A DNA stretch of 64,000 nucleotides from an alpha proteobacterium MED-G09 (GCA_905182015.1 CAJIZT010000006.1:19116-83115); one strand, 5' to 3'. Counted from the stretch's first letter, positions 1 to 9,705 are shown. Notes: generated by a model from the letters alone, not told the origin. Program-made: numbers and translations.

Positions 1-1
1 T

Positions 2-214
2 TTAAGACCCGGTCATATTATTGTTAATAAAGGAAGGGGTGAAATTGGCTTTATTGTTTGGATAATTGATATTTTTTTCAAGCTAGTAAATCCTTTTTTA
101 AGAGGTTTTTTAAGAAAATATCGAGGAATCTCTCTAGAAAAATTTTCTGAGTTTATGGCAAATGAAGAGATGGCGGGTATTAATATTTTCTACTATGATG
201 ACTTTATAAAATAA
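2..214 (+). CDS. 3' end of a probable NAD(P)-binding oxidoreductase (YraR/TIP30-like), truncated by the window edge
   Basis: Hand translation from base 2 is open to TAA at 212-214: LRPGHII...GRGE...FLRKYRGISLEKFSEFM. This resembles the RPG..R.E...KY..I C-terminus of that family. Confidence 0.55.
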   Translation, partial: LRPGHIIVNKGRGEIGFIVWIIDIFFKLVNPFLRGFLRKYRGISLEKFSEFMANEEMAGINIFYYDDFIK

Positions 215-230
215 TAAAAAGGAGTTACTG

Positions 231-524
231 ATGAGTGTGTTAGTTAATTTAGAAATACCTGTAAAAGAAGACAGGTTAGAAGAGTTTTTTGATTATTTGC
301 GTGAGATTTTATTTGATACTAGGGCTTATGAGGGCTGTATAAGTTTAAATACTTATCATGAAAGCGGAACCTCAACTGTGCTTTTAATTGAGGAATGGGA
401 AAGAATAGAAAATCAAGAATCCTATATGCAGTGGAGGACTGAAACAGGTATGGTCGAAGCTCTTTCTAAATTCCTAAACGGTGACTTAATAGTTAAAAAA
501 TACGCTCCAAAGACGGATGTTTAG
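231..524 (+). CDS. Antibiotic biosynthesis monooxygenase (ABM/quinol monooxygenase-like) protein
   Basis: 97 aa with TRAYEGC...LIEEWE...YMQWR, typical of the ABM fold; AAGGAG RBS upstream. Confidence 0.8.
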   Translation: MSVLVNLEIPVKEDRLEEFFDYLREILFDTRAYEGCISLNTYHESGTSTVLLIEEWERIENQESYMQWRTETGMVEALSKFLNGDLIVKKYAPKTDV

Positions 525-526
525 TT

Positions 527-1720
527 ATGGAAAAAGATTTTGATATTATCATTTATGGTGCAACAGGATTTACAGGACAGCTTTGTGTTAAATATTTATC
601 TGAAAATGCGACTGATATTAAATGGGGTATTGCTGGAAGGAATAAAAAAAAGCTACAAAAAGTTCTTTCTGATCTTTCTATCGATGTGAGTATTTTTATT
701 GCTGATAGTGATGACCAAGAAGCGCTCGATCAAATTACAAATAAAACAAAAGTTATCTTAACTACTGCAGGACCATTTCACAGGTACGGCTCAAAGCTAG
801 TAAAATCCTGTGTTAAAAATTCATCACACTATGTCGATATAACGGGTGAGTCATTTTGGATAAGAGAAATGATTGATAAACACCATGATGAAGCATCCTC
901 AAAGGGTGTGAGAATTATCCCTGCTTGTGGCTATGATTCGCTTCCATCTGACTTAGGGTCGTATTTTGTAAGAAAGAAGGTAAAAGGTCCAATAAAAAGA
1001 ATAGAGTCTTTCCATGCGGGTCAAGGAGGTGTTTCCGGAGGAACAACTGAGACAGGTTTTTCTATGGGAGATCTTAATTTAGATAAGAAAATGAATGATC
1101 CCTTTGTCTTAAATCCAGCTGAATCTATTTCAAAAGAACAAAGAGCCAAAAGTTCAGACATGATAGGTATAAAGTATAATAAGACTATAAAGGCGTGGAC
1201 TGGTCCTTTTATTATGGCGATTATGAATACTAGGGTTGTTCGAAGAAGTGCAACACTTCTTGATGAGCGTCAAGAAGGATATGGTTTAAATTTTACTTAT
1301 CAAGAGCATGCTTTTTATAAAAAACTATCTACTACTTTTCTTGTTTCATTTATGACTCTTTTATTTGGCTTTATTATAAAAACTCCCCTCAGGAAAATTG
1401 TCAGACCTTTATTGCCGAAACCTGGAGAGGGCCCAAGTGAAGAAACAATGAATAATGGTTTTTTTGATAGCTTGTTTTCAGCTCAGCTAGAGGATGGATC
1501 TGTTGAAACATACAGAGTTCATGGCAAGGGTGACCCCGGATATCGTGTTACATCAAAATTTGTTTGTGAAAGCGCTCTTACACTTATAAAGGAAAGTGAT
1601 AGTTTGCCAGGTGGTAAAGATTACGGAGGCATACTAACTCCTTCAACAGGTTTAGGTGATCCATTGATAAAAAGACTTTCAGATAATGGGATTATCTTCG
1701 AGGGCCCTCTTGTTGATTAG
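527..1720 (+). CDS. Saccharopine dehydrogenase-like oxidoreductase / trans-acting enoyl reductase family
   Basis: GATGFTG, IAGRN, AGPF..YG, YVDITGE, CGYDSLPSD and GDPGY motifs. Confidence 0.85.
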   Translation: MEKDFDIIIYGATGFTGQLCVKYLSENATDIKWGIAGRNKKKLQKVLSDLSIDVSIFIADSDDQEALDQITNKTKVILTTAGPFHRYGSKLVKSCVKNSSHYVDITGESFWIREMIDKHHDEASSKGVRIIPACGYDSLPSDLGSYFVRKKVKGPIKRIESFHAGQGGVSGGTTETGFSMGDLNLDKKMNDPFVLNPAESISKEQRAKSSDMIGIKYNKTIKAWTGPFIMAIMNTRVVRRSATLLDERQEGYGLNFTYQEHAFYKKLSTTFLVSFMTLLFGFIIKTPLRKIVRPLLPKPGEGPSEETMNNGFFDSLFSAQLEDGSVETYRVHGKGDPGYRVTSKFVCESALTLIKESDSLPGGKDYGGILTPSTGLGDPLIKRLSDNGIIFEGPLVD

Positions 1721-1768
1721 TATCATTAATTTTTTAACTTTATAATGAGTATCGTGATTTTTAATTTC

Positions 1769-2527
1769 TTAAATCGCGATAACTCCTCCATCAACTGAGA
1801 TTGAGTCACCTGTAGTAAAGGCCGAATCTTCTGATGCAAGAAATAAAACTGCTTTTACAACCTCTTCAGGCTCGCCAATTCTATTCATTGGGTGAGAGGC
1901 AGCAAAGTCTATAAGTTGTTGTTCAGGATTTTCAGCATCTTGGACATATCTTTGCATCATAGGTGTATTAATCGCACCAGGCTGTACTGCGTTACATCTT
2001 ATTTTATAACCCATTTGAGCGCAATGTAGAGCAACTGTTCGAGTTAAGATCAGAACGCCCGCCTTACTATAATTATAAGCAAGAACAAATGATTGAGGTC
2101 TCGTTGCTAGAGAAGATGAGAAGTTTACTATTGAACCAGATCTTTCCTTCATTGACTTAACTGCAAACTGACAACCTAGAAAAACTGAAGTTCCATTTAT
2201 TGCGTGAGTTCTATTCCAATGATCTAGAGTTTCATCTTCTATAGTTGCTGGCTCACTTATACCAGCAGCATTAATTACAGATGTTATTTTGTTAAATCTA
2301 TCCCCTAAATGCCTCTCTAGTGAATTCCAAGACTCTGGGTCTGTAACATCAGCCTTAAAGAATTCACAGGATCTACCAATATTATTAGCGACTGACCTTC
2401 CCATTTCTTCATTGATATCAAGCGTTACAACTTCTCCACCTTCATTTACAAAATGTTCTGCAGTTAAAGCGCCCATTCCCGAAGCTCCACCTGTAATAAT
2501 TGCTAATTTTTCATCAAATCTCGACAC
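1769..2527 (-). CDS. Classical SDR (3-beta/17-beta-hydroxysteroid or cyclic alcohol dehydrogenase-like)
   Basis: TGGASGMG, NAAG, YNYSK, IRCNAVQPG. Start moved to GTG at 2527, which follows a GGAGG RBS (ORF track starts at 2539). Confidence 0.85.
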   Translation of the reverse strand: MSRFDEKLAIITGGASGMGALTAEHFVNEGGEVVTLDINEEMGRSVANNIGRSCEFFKADVTDPESWNSLERHLGDRFNKITSVINAAGISEPATIEDETLDHWNRTHAINGTSVFLGCQFAVKSMKERSGSIVNFSSSLATRPQSFVLAYNYSKAGVLILTRTVALHCAQMGYKIRCNAVQPGAINTPMMQRYVQDAENPEQQLIDFAASHPMNRIGEPEEVVKAVLFLASEDSAFTTGDSISVDGGVIAI

Positions 2528-2552
2528 AATAACCTCCATAATTTTAATAAGC

Positions 2553-2675
2553 TTAACGCTTTTTATTTTTTTTATAATACTCCTGATCTTTTTTCATTTG
2601 ATCTATTAATCTTTTATTTTCTAAAGTTTCTTTTGAATTTACCTTAGAAGATGTATTACATACTGAAATCCCCAT
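2553..2675 (-). CDS. Unannotated small protein, 40 aa (MGISVCNTSSKVNSKETLENKRLIDQMKKDQEYYKKNKKR)
   Basis: Hand translation gives ATG 2675 to TAA 2553, with AAAAAGGA 5 nt upstream. It fills the gap in front of the SDR on the same strand. Confidence 0.5.
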   Translation of the reverse strand: MGISVCNTSSKVNSKETLENKRLIDQMKKDQEYYKKNKKR

Positions 2676-2712
2676 ATCATTCCTTTTTATTTTAAAGTAA
2701 AAGTGAGTTTAC

Positions 2713-3054
2713 ATGAATATTATCAAAGAAAAAAATAAATTAGAAGTCTTTTACAATGCAAGCTGCCCAATATGTAAAAGAGAAATTGACACTTATAAGT
2801 CTAGGTCGAAAAACGTTATTTATAAAGATTCTTCTTTGATGGATGAAAAATATAATAGAAGAATGCATGCATTTGAGAACGGTAATGAATTTATAGGAGC
2901 GGAAGCGTTTATCAAGGTTTGGAGCAGGACGGATGGCTTTAAATTTCTTTCACGCTTATTCAATAATAAATTTAGTATTTTTATTATGAATTTAATTTAT
3001 AACCCACTTGCATATATTCTATATAAAATGCATTTAAGAAGGATAAAAAAATGA
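2713..3054 (+). CDS. DUF393/DCC1-like thiol-disulfide oxidoreductase family protein
   Basis: N-terminal FYNASCPICKRE (DxxCxxC variant) and G.EAF..VW. Confidence 0.8.
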   Translation: MNIIKEKNKLEVFYNASCPICKREIDTYKSRSKNVIYKDSSLMDEKYNRRMHAFENGNEFIGAEAFIKVWSRTDGFKFLSRLFNNKFSIFIMNLIYNPLAYILYKMHLRRIKK

Positions 3055-3932
3055 AATTAATCTCTTATATAAAAGACGGTAAAATAAATATAGGTGCGTT
3101 AGATAACGAAACTATAATTCCATTTTCTTACAATCCTTTAATTCCAAAGGATATGCTTTCTTTTCTTGAGATGGGTGATGATGCTTTAAATATGGCTCAA
3201 GAAGCTGTATTGCTATCAAAAAATAACCTTACCTTGGGTGAATGCAAGTTAGTAAGCCCAATCCTTCGCCCTCCGAAAATAATTGCCATAGGGCTGAATT
3301 ACCAAGACCACCTTGAGGAGATAAGGGCTATTGGTAGGGAGATTGAAGATCCAGAGGTTCCAATGATATTCAATAAGCAATCTACATCCGCTTGCGGGCC
3401 TTTTGATGATATTCATGATCCAAAAGTTTCCACTAAACTTGACTATGAGGGTGAGCTAGCTTTTGTTGTTGGAAAAAGGTGTCGCCATGTTCCTCTTGAT
3501 GAGGCCAAGAATGTAATCGCAGGTTATTGTGTATCTAATGATGTTAGTGTTAGGGATTGGCAAATGAGAATTCCTACATTTACTATAGGAAAATCTTTTG
3601 ACACACATTGTCCTTTTGGCCCTGCAATTGTAACTGCTGATGAAATTCCTGACCCGCACGATCTTGATATTAAAACAGAAGTAAACGGAGAGTTAAGGCA
3701 GGATTCGAATACAAAGAATCTTATTTTTGATTGTTTTGAATTAGTTGAGCATTTGTCCACTGCCTTTACCCTTGAGCCAGGTGATTTAATTTTAACTGGT
3801 ACCCCTAGCGGTGTAGGGGTTGCAGATGACAAGTTTCTTAAGGATGGTGATAATGTAAAAATTAGTATATCTAAATTAGGATTTATAAATAACAAAGTAA
3901 TTGATGAGCCGTTATCTACAATTAAATTTTAA
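3051..3932 (+). CDS. Fumarylacetoacetate hydrolase family protein
   Basis: IGLNY..H, DYEGEL, NDVSVRDWQ, GKSFD, LEPGDLILTGTP; ATGA overlap with the previous gene. Confidence 0.9.
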   Translation: MKLISYIKDGKINIGALDNETIIPFSYNPLIPKDMLSFLEMGDDALNMAQEAVLLSKNNLTLGECKLVSPILRPPKIIAIGLNYQDHLEEIRAIGREIEDPEVPMIFNKQSTSACGPFDDIHDPKVSTKLDYEGELAFVVGKRCRHVPLDEAKNVIAGYCVSNDVSVRDWQMRIPTFTIGKSFDTHCPFGPAIVTADEIPDPHDLDIKTEVNGELRQDSNTKNLIFDCFELVEHLSTAFTLEPGDLILTGTPSGVGVADDKFLKDGDNVKISISKLGFINNKVIDEPLSTIKF

Positions 3933-3937
3933 TTATT

Positions 3938-4738
3938 TTATTTTATATCAAGAGCTTTAAGTCGGTTTTCCATTATTCTTATTATTGGTTTATCTATCAT
4001 TTTTCCATTAAATGAAAAGACTGCTTTTTCTGACTTATTAAATTCCTTAATAATTTCCTGGGCCTCCATAATTTCATCGTCCGTTGGAAGGAAATAATTT
4101 TTAATTACATTTATTTGAGATGGATTAATTGCAGCTTTAGAGTTAAATCCAATTGACTTCGATAGCTTGCATTCCCTCTCAAGTTCTTCCTGAGAGGAAG
4201 TAATCATAAAAGGACTATCAATTGAGAATAAATTATTTATTGCGCATTCAATAATTATCTTTGATCTTGCGTAAAGCAATGCTTCCCAGCTCATATCAGA
4301 GCCCACTGCAGCACTATAATCTGCCGCACCAAACATTAAGCCAAATATACTAGAGCTTGATGCAATCCCTTCTAAGTTTTTAATCGCCAAAGGTGTCTCA
4401 ATGAGAGGTATAGTTGAAATATTATCCGGAATATTTTTTAAGACTTCCTTAGTCTCAATTTTCGGAATAATAATCTTGCAATCTAAGGATTTAAATAAAT
4501 TTAAATCAGACCTTCCATTTATATCATTTAAATCATTAATTCTTATATAGGAGGTAATTTTAAGTGAATTGTTTGATAGGAAGTTAAATAAATTTTTCCT
4601 TGCAGTTTCTTTTTCGCTAATAGGTACAGCATCTTCTAAATCGAAAATAATACCGTCAGCCTGATGCTTAATAGCCTTTTCAATGTAATTAAGTTTATTT
4701 GCAGGAATAAAAATTGGAGTAATAGGAAATTTTTTCAT
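3938..4738 (-). CDS. CitE/HpcH-family CoA-ester lyase (malyl-/citramalyl-CoA lyase-like)
   Basis: DLEDAV, YIRIN, IPKIE, LIETP, FGAADY, GKMIDKP. Confidence 0.85.
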   Translation of the reverse strand: MKKFPITPIFIPANKLNYIEKAIKHQADGIIFDLEDAVPISEKETARKNLFNFLSNNSLKITSYIRINDLNDINGRSDLNLFKSLDCKIIIPKIETKEVLKNIPDNISTIPLIETPLAIKNLEGIASSSSIFGLMFGAADYSAAVGSDMSWEALLYARSKIIIECAINNLFSIDSPFMITSSQEELERECKLSKSIGFNSKAAINPSQINVIKNYFLPTDDEIMEAQEIIKEFNKSEKAVFSFNGKMIDKPIIRIMENRLKALDIK

Positions 4739-4849
4739 TTACAATCCATTAATGGTATCTTTGGTATTAGTTTATCATTAAAAATTAAAATATAGTATGC
4801 AAAAACTTTATGTAGTAAATTTTCAGTAGAATAAGGGTAAAATTAAAAA

Positions 4850-5701
4850 ATGTTTAATGTTAAAGGAAAAAATATCTTAATCACTGGCGCAACTTCAGGA
4901 ATTGGACATTCGGCAGCATTATCCTTAAGTCTGATGGGGGCAAATATTATCTTTATTGCGCGGGACAAACTAAAAGCAGAAAAATTATCAGATGAAATAA
5001 AAAAAATTTCAGGAAAAGATTCCACCTTTATAGTTGCGGACCTTTCTTCGCAAAAAGAAATTATTAAAGCCACCGACATTTTTAAAAATATGAATATATC
5101 ACTAGATATCCTTTTAAATAATGCTGGGCTTATTAATCTTAAAAGAAAAGAAACCATCGATGGCTTTGAAGAGACTTTTGCAGTCAATCACCTTGCTTAT
5201 TTTACTTTAACTAATTTACTTCTAGATAAAATTAAAGATTCGCCATCCTCAAGAATTGTAAATGTTTCTTCCGGAGCTCATTTTGCCGTTAAAAGGATGA
5301 ATTTTGATGATATTCAGTCAATAAATTCTTATAAACCCTTTAAGGTTTATGGTTACTCAAAGCTAGCTAATATTCTATTTACAAAAAAACTATCTGATAT
5401 TTTAAAGAACGATGATGTCACAGTAAATTGTCTTCACCCAGGCGTTGTTGCAACAGGGTTTGCTTCTCAAAATAACTCAAAGCTACATAAATTTATACTT
5501 GGGTTAGCAAAACCATTTATGAGAACAAGCGATAATGGTTCCAAGACTTCGGTTTACCTTTGTTCTTCATCAGATGTTTCCAATATTAGTGGAGAATATT
5601 TTTATAATTCGAAAATATCAAAAGTTTCTAATAGCGCAAATAACTCTCAAGATGCAGACAAGCTTTGGGAGATAAGTTTAGGGCTTACAGGTTTAATTTA
5701 A
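4850..5701 (+). CDS. Retinol-dehydrogenase-like SDR
   Basis: TGATSGIG, NNAG, T.DGFE.TFAVNHL, YGYSKLAN, LHPG. Confidence 0.9.
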   Translation: MFNVKGKNILITGATSGIGHSAALSLSLMGANIIFIARDKLKAEKLSDEIKKISGKDSTFIVADLSSQKEIIKATDIFKNMNISLDILLNNAGLINLKRKETIDGFEETFAVNHLAYFTLTNLLLDKIKDSPSSRIVNVSSGAHFAVKRMNFDDIQSINSYKPFKVYGYSKLANILFTKKLSDILKNDDVTVNCLHPGVVATGFASQNNSKLHKFILGLAKPFMRTSDNGSKTSVYLCSSSDVSNISGEYFYNSKISKVSNSANNSQDADKLWEISLGLTGLI

Positions 5702-6699
5702 TGAAGGGTATTGTTCTAATAAATCTTGGTTCGCCAAAAGACTTAGAGCTTTCTTCAATCAAAAGCTACTTAAAGGAGTTTTTGTCTGATGATTACGTTC
5801 TTGATATTCCGAAATTAATTCAAAGAGTTTTAGTGAATTTTATAATAGTTCCCTTTCGATCTTCAAAAACTAAAAAAGCGTATGAGAGTATTTGGACTTT
5901 AAAAGGGTCCCCCTTGATTGTTAACACCAATCTTATTGCTAAAAAGCTACAAAAAAAAATGAATTTACCAGTAGAGGTAGCAATGCGCTATCAGGAGCCT
6001 TCAATAAGAAATGCAATTTTAAAATTATTAAAAAATGATTGTGATGAAATTATTGCTATACCTCTATACCCTCATTATGCTCAGGCAACCTCCCTAACCA
6101 CACACTTAGAAGTCGAAAGGGTTATGAAGGATATCGACCCTAGTATTAATTTTTCTATTTCATCACCTTTTTATGCTGAGGATGGTTATATAAAATCTCT
6201 TTCTGAATCCATAAAAAATTATTTACCTAGTCAATTTGATTATCTTTTATTCAGCTATCATGGAATTCCCGAAAGGCATGTGAAAAAAATGGATCCTACA
6301 CTATCTCATTGTTTAATTAATAAAAATTGCTGTAGTTTGAATTCTAAAGCCCACAAGTATTGTTATAAACATCAGGTTTTAAAGACCTCGAACTTATGTG
6401 CTGAAGAATTGGGCTTAGACAAAGATCAGTGGGGTGTTTCCTTTCAGTCTAGAATTGGACCTGGATGGTTGCAGCCTTTTACGGATAAGGTACTTGAGGA
6501 ATTCCCCAAAAATGGAATAAAGAAAATAGCCGTTGTCTGCCCAGCATTTATTGCTGATAATTTAGAGACTTTAGAAGAGGTTGATATTAGAGCAAGAGAG
6601 ACTTTTTTAGAATCCGGTGGTGAAGAATTTACTTTTATACCATGCATTAACGACAATGATATTTGGATTGATTTTTTAGCTAATTTTATAGCAGAATAA
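5701..6699 (+). CDS. hemH: Ferrochelatase with internal C-x5-CC-x9-C insert
   Basis: NLGSP, GSPL, AMRY..P, PLYPHY, FSYHGIP, FQSR.G..WL.P, DNLETLEE. ATG at 5701 overlaps the upstream TAA. Confidence 0.95.
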   Translation: MKGIVLINLGSPKDLELSSIKSYLKEFLSDDYVLDIPKLIQRVLVNFIIVPFRSSKTKKAYESIWTLKGSPLIVNTNLIAKKLQKKMNLPVEVAMRYQEPSIRNAILKLLKNDCDEIIAIPLYPHYAQATSLTTHLEVERVMKDIDPSINFSISSPFYAEDGYIKSLSESIKNYLPSQFDYLLFSYHGIPERHVKKMDPTLSHCLINKNCCSLNSKAHKYCYKHQVLKTSNLCAEELGLDKDQWGVSFQSRIGPGWLQPFTDKVLEEFPKNGIKKIAVVCPAFIADNLETLEEVDIRARETFLESGGEEFTFIPCINDNDIWIDFLANFIAE

Positions 6700-6734
6700 C
6701 TTTTGTTTATATTAAATATATTTAGGAGTTTGAA

Positions 6735-7124
6735 ATGAATGATTTTGTTTATCCCGGAATTTTAAGTAGTATTGCTCTGCTTGTTTATTATTTTACTTTA
6801 TTAAAAGCTGGTACAGCTCGAGTAAAATATGATGTTAAGGCTCCCTCACATGATGGGCCAGATGAATATTTAAGAAAGGTTAGAGTGCATCAGAATACTT
6901 TAGAGCACCTAGCCCTTTTTCTTCCTGGTCTGTGGTTATTTTCATTTGCAGTAGACCCTGTATGGGCTTCAATTATTGGAATTTTATGGCCTCTAGGAAG
7001 AATCGGTTATGCCTACGGATACTACAAAGATGCTGAAAAAAGAGGGTTAGGTTTATATATAAGTATGCCACCAATCTATATTTTTATAATTGGCTCTTTA
7101 ATAGGATTTTTTTTAAAAATTTAA
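6735..7124 (+). CDS. MAPEG family protein (membrane glutathione transferase-like)
   Basis: Hydrophobic; R...KY...AP, RVHQNTLE, GRI.YA.GY; AGGAG RBS. Confidence 0.9.
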   Translation: MNDFVYPGILSSIALLVYYFTLLKAGTARVKYDVKAPSHDGPDEYLRKVRVHQNTLEHLALFLPGLWLFSFAVDPVWASIIGILWPLGRIGYAYGYYKDAEKRGLGLYISMPPIYIFIIGSLIGFFLKI

Positions 7125-7172
7125 TCAGTAAGGATATTTAAAAATATTAGTTTAATTTTACAAAGGATAGTT

Positions 7173-8192
7173 ATGAGTAATTTAGGAAAAAATAAGCAAT
7201 TAACTTTAGCAAAACATCCAAATGGTTTAACTCAAATAGATGATTTTTCTATCAAAGAAATCGATATACCTGAAATTAAGATCGGAGAGATTCTTATAGA
7301 GACCCACTATGTTGGAGTCGACGCAGCCCTAAGGTTAATAGTTAGGGATAGTGACGAGTTCTTGTTTCGTGTTCAACCCGGCGATATCATCCATGCAAAT
7401 ATAGCTGGTAAGGTAATTGCTTCAAATAACCCTGAATTTAATGTCGGTGAATTTGTAAATGGCTCTCTTGGGGTTCAAAGCTTTGCAATATCAGACGGCA
7501 GCAATTTAGAAAAATGCAATATAGACTTGGCTCCATTAGGTTCTTGGCTTGGAGGTTTCGGTGTATCAGGTTTAACTGCATATTTTGCTTTATTTGACGA
7601 ATGTAAGCCACAACCTGGTCAAACTGTATTAATAACTGGTGCAGCAGGTGCTGTAGGGTCTATGGCAGGGCAATTAGCTAAATTAGCAGGGGCAAAAGTC
7701 ATAGGAACAACAAGTAGTAAAGAAAAATGCAAATGGTTGATTGATGAACTGGGTTATGATGTTGCAATAAATTATAATGATGACGATTGGTTTGAGCAAC
7801 TCGAAAAAGAAGCCTCAAACCGCATTAATATTATTTTTGATAATACAGGTGGTTTTGTTATGAACGAAGGATTGAAATTAATTGCAATGCATGGAGTTGT
7901 TTTACTTTGTGGTTCAACATCTCAATATTCTCAGGAAAAAATGGATGGCCCATCAAATTATATTTGGCTGGGTAGCATGAGGGCAAGATTACAAGGTTTT
8001 GTAATTTTTGATTATGTTGAGAGGTATTCTGAGGCAAGAGAAAATATGTCCAATTGGATAAACTCAGGATTATTAAAAATTCCAGAGTATTGTTGTGATG
8101 GGGATATTGGTGATTTTCCCGAAACTTTCGGAAAACTCTTTGAAGGAAAGAATTTAGGGAAAATGCTTTTAAGACTTCCTATTGCTGATTAA
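7173..8192 (+). CDS. NADP-dependent alkenal/one oxidoreductase (CurA/PTGR-like MDR)
   Basis: GLTAYF, TGAAGAVGS, G.D.AINY, F..L..GKN.GK. Confidence 0.85.
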   Translation: MSNLGKNKQLTLAKHPNGLTQIDDFSIKEIDIPEIKIGEILIETHYVGVDAALRLIVRDSDEFLFRVQPGDIIHANIAGKVIASNNPEFNVGEFVNGSLGVQSFAISDGSNLEKCNIDLAPLGSWLGGFGVSGLTAYFALFDECKPQPGQTVLITGAAGAVGSMAGQLAKLAGAKVIGTTSSKEKCKWLIDELGYDVAINYNDDDWFEQLEKEASNRINIIFDNTGGFVMNEGLKLIAMHGVVLLCGSTSQYSQEKMDGPSNYIWLGSMRARLQGFVIFDYVERYSEARENMSNWINSGLLKIPEYCCDGDIGDFPETFGKLFEGKNLGKMLLRLPIAD

Positions 8193-8262
8193 TTGTAAAT
8201 AAATAAGTCTAATTTTTTTATAAAATAGTGCCTTGTTAAATTTTTTATATTATAAGTTTATT

Positions 8263-9705
8263 ATGAAAAATCATTTTGATGTTTTAGTTGTAGGGGCAGG
8301 AATTTCTGGTATTGGAGCAGGTTATCATTTGCAAAACAAATGTCCTGGAAAGTCTTATGCAATTTTAGAAGGAAGAGAAACTATTGGAGGTACATGGGAT
8401 TTATTTCGTTATCCAGGAATAAGGTCTGATTCAGATATGTATACATTGGGTTTTTCTTTTTATCCTTGGAAAGAAAAAGAAGCTATTGCCAATGGGCCTG
8501 CGATTTTAAAATACCTTCATGAAACATCTGAAAAATTTAATATTAAAGAAAAAATAAAATTCGGTCATTACGTCAAAAGTGCTTCTTGGTCTTCAGATAA
8601 TTCTATATGGGAGCTAGAGGTAAAATCAAAAGATCAAATTCAAATTATGACATGTAATTTTCTTTTTATGTGTTCAGGATATTATTCTTATAAAGAAGGT
8701 TATACACCTAATTTTGCAGGTATTGATAATTTTAATGGTCGTATTGTACATCCTCAAAAATGGACTGAGGACATTAATTATAAAGATAAGAATGTCATTG
8801 TTATTGGTAGCGGAGCAACTGCGGTGACAATTGTTCCTGAGATAGCCAAACAAGCAAAACATGTAACCATGCTTCAAAGGTCCCCAACATATGTTGTTTC
8901 TGCTCCTGAAAAAGACCCTTTAGCTAGAATCCTTCAGAAAATTTTACCAATAAAGGCTGCATATTTTCTAGTTAGATGGAAAAATATATTAAGACAGCAT
9001 TGGTTTTTTAGGTTGTGTAAAAGAAATCCAAAAGCGGTAAAGAATTTTATCTTAAGTCAAATTCGAAAAGAACTTGGTCCAAATTATGATATTAAAAAAC
9101 ATTTCACTCCAAATTATAATCCCTGGGATCAAAGAATGTGCTTAGTTCCTAATGGTGATTTGTTTCAATCAATTAATAATAAAAAAGCCTCAGTCGTTAC
9201 TGATGAGATCGATTGCTTTACTAGTAATGGAATAAAATTAAAATCTGGTGATGAATTATCGGCTGATTTAGTGGTTACTGCTACTGGTCTCAATATGGAA
9301 TTACTTAGCAATATAAACCTAACTGTTGATAATTCTAAAATTAATTTAACAAATACAGTTACATACAAAGGAATGATGTTTAGTGGTGTACCAAATTTAG
9401 TTTCAACATTCGGTTATACAAATGCATCTTGGACACTTGGCGCAGATCTAACATCTGAATATGTATGTAGACTTCTGAACCTTATGGAAAAAAAATCTGT
9501 TAAAAAATGCTGTCCTGAAGCTAATGAAAATATTGTTAAAGATGAGAATTGGCTTAATCTCTCATCCGGATATATTGAAAGATCCAGGAATATTTTTCCA
9601 AAACAAGGCAAGGAAAAGCCATGGCAAAACAATCAAAATTTTATCAAAGATGTTTTTCAAATCCGCTATGGTGATCTAAAAGACGAGGATTTAAAATTTT
9701 CTTAA
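8263..9705 (+). CDS. Baeyer-Villiger monooxygenase (EthA-like FAD/NADPH monooxygenase)
   Basis: GAGISG, GGTWDLFRYPGIRSDSD, BVMO fingerprint FNGRIVHPQKW, GSGATA, ATG motif. Start taken as ATG 8263. Confidence 0.9.
   Translation: MKNHFDVLVVGAGISGIGAGYHLQNKCPGKSYAILEGRETIGGTWDLFRYPGIRSDSDMYTLGFSFYPWKEKEAIANGPAILKYLHETSEKFNIKEKIKFGHYVKSASWSSDNSIWELEVKSKDQIQIMTCNFLFMCSGYYSYKEGYTPNFAGIDNFNGRIVHPQKWTEDINYKDKNVIVIGSGATAVTIVPEIAKQAKHVTMLQRSPTYVVSAPEKDPLARILQKILPIKAAYFLVRWKNILRQHWFFRLCKRNPKAVKNFILSQIRKELGPNYDIKKHFTPNYNPWDQRMCLVPNGDLFQSINNKKASVVTDEIDCFTSNGIKLKSGDELSADLVVTATGLNMELLSNINLTVDNSKINLTNTVTYKGMMFSGVPNLVSTFGYTNASWTLGADLTSEYVCRLLNLMEKKSVKKCCPEANENIVKDENWLNLSSGYIERSRNIFPKQGKEKPWQNNQNFIKDVFQIRYGDLKDEDLKFS

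Noticed and set aside
1723-1748. TCATTA/TAATGA hairpin between convergent genes as a terminator
   Set aside because: A 6-bp AT-rich stem is too weak and at chance level.
2289-2609. 106-aa + strand ORF
   Set aside because: Antisense shadow of the SDR (and of the 40-aa ORF); no motif or RBS.
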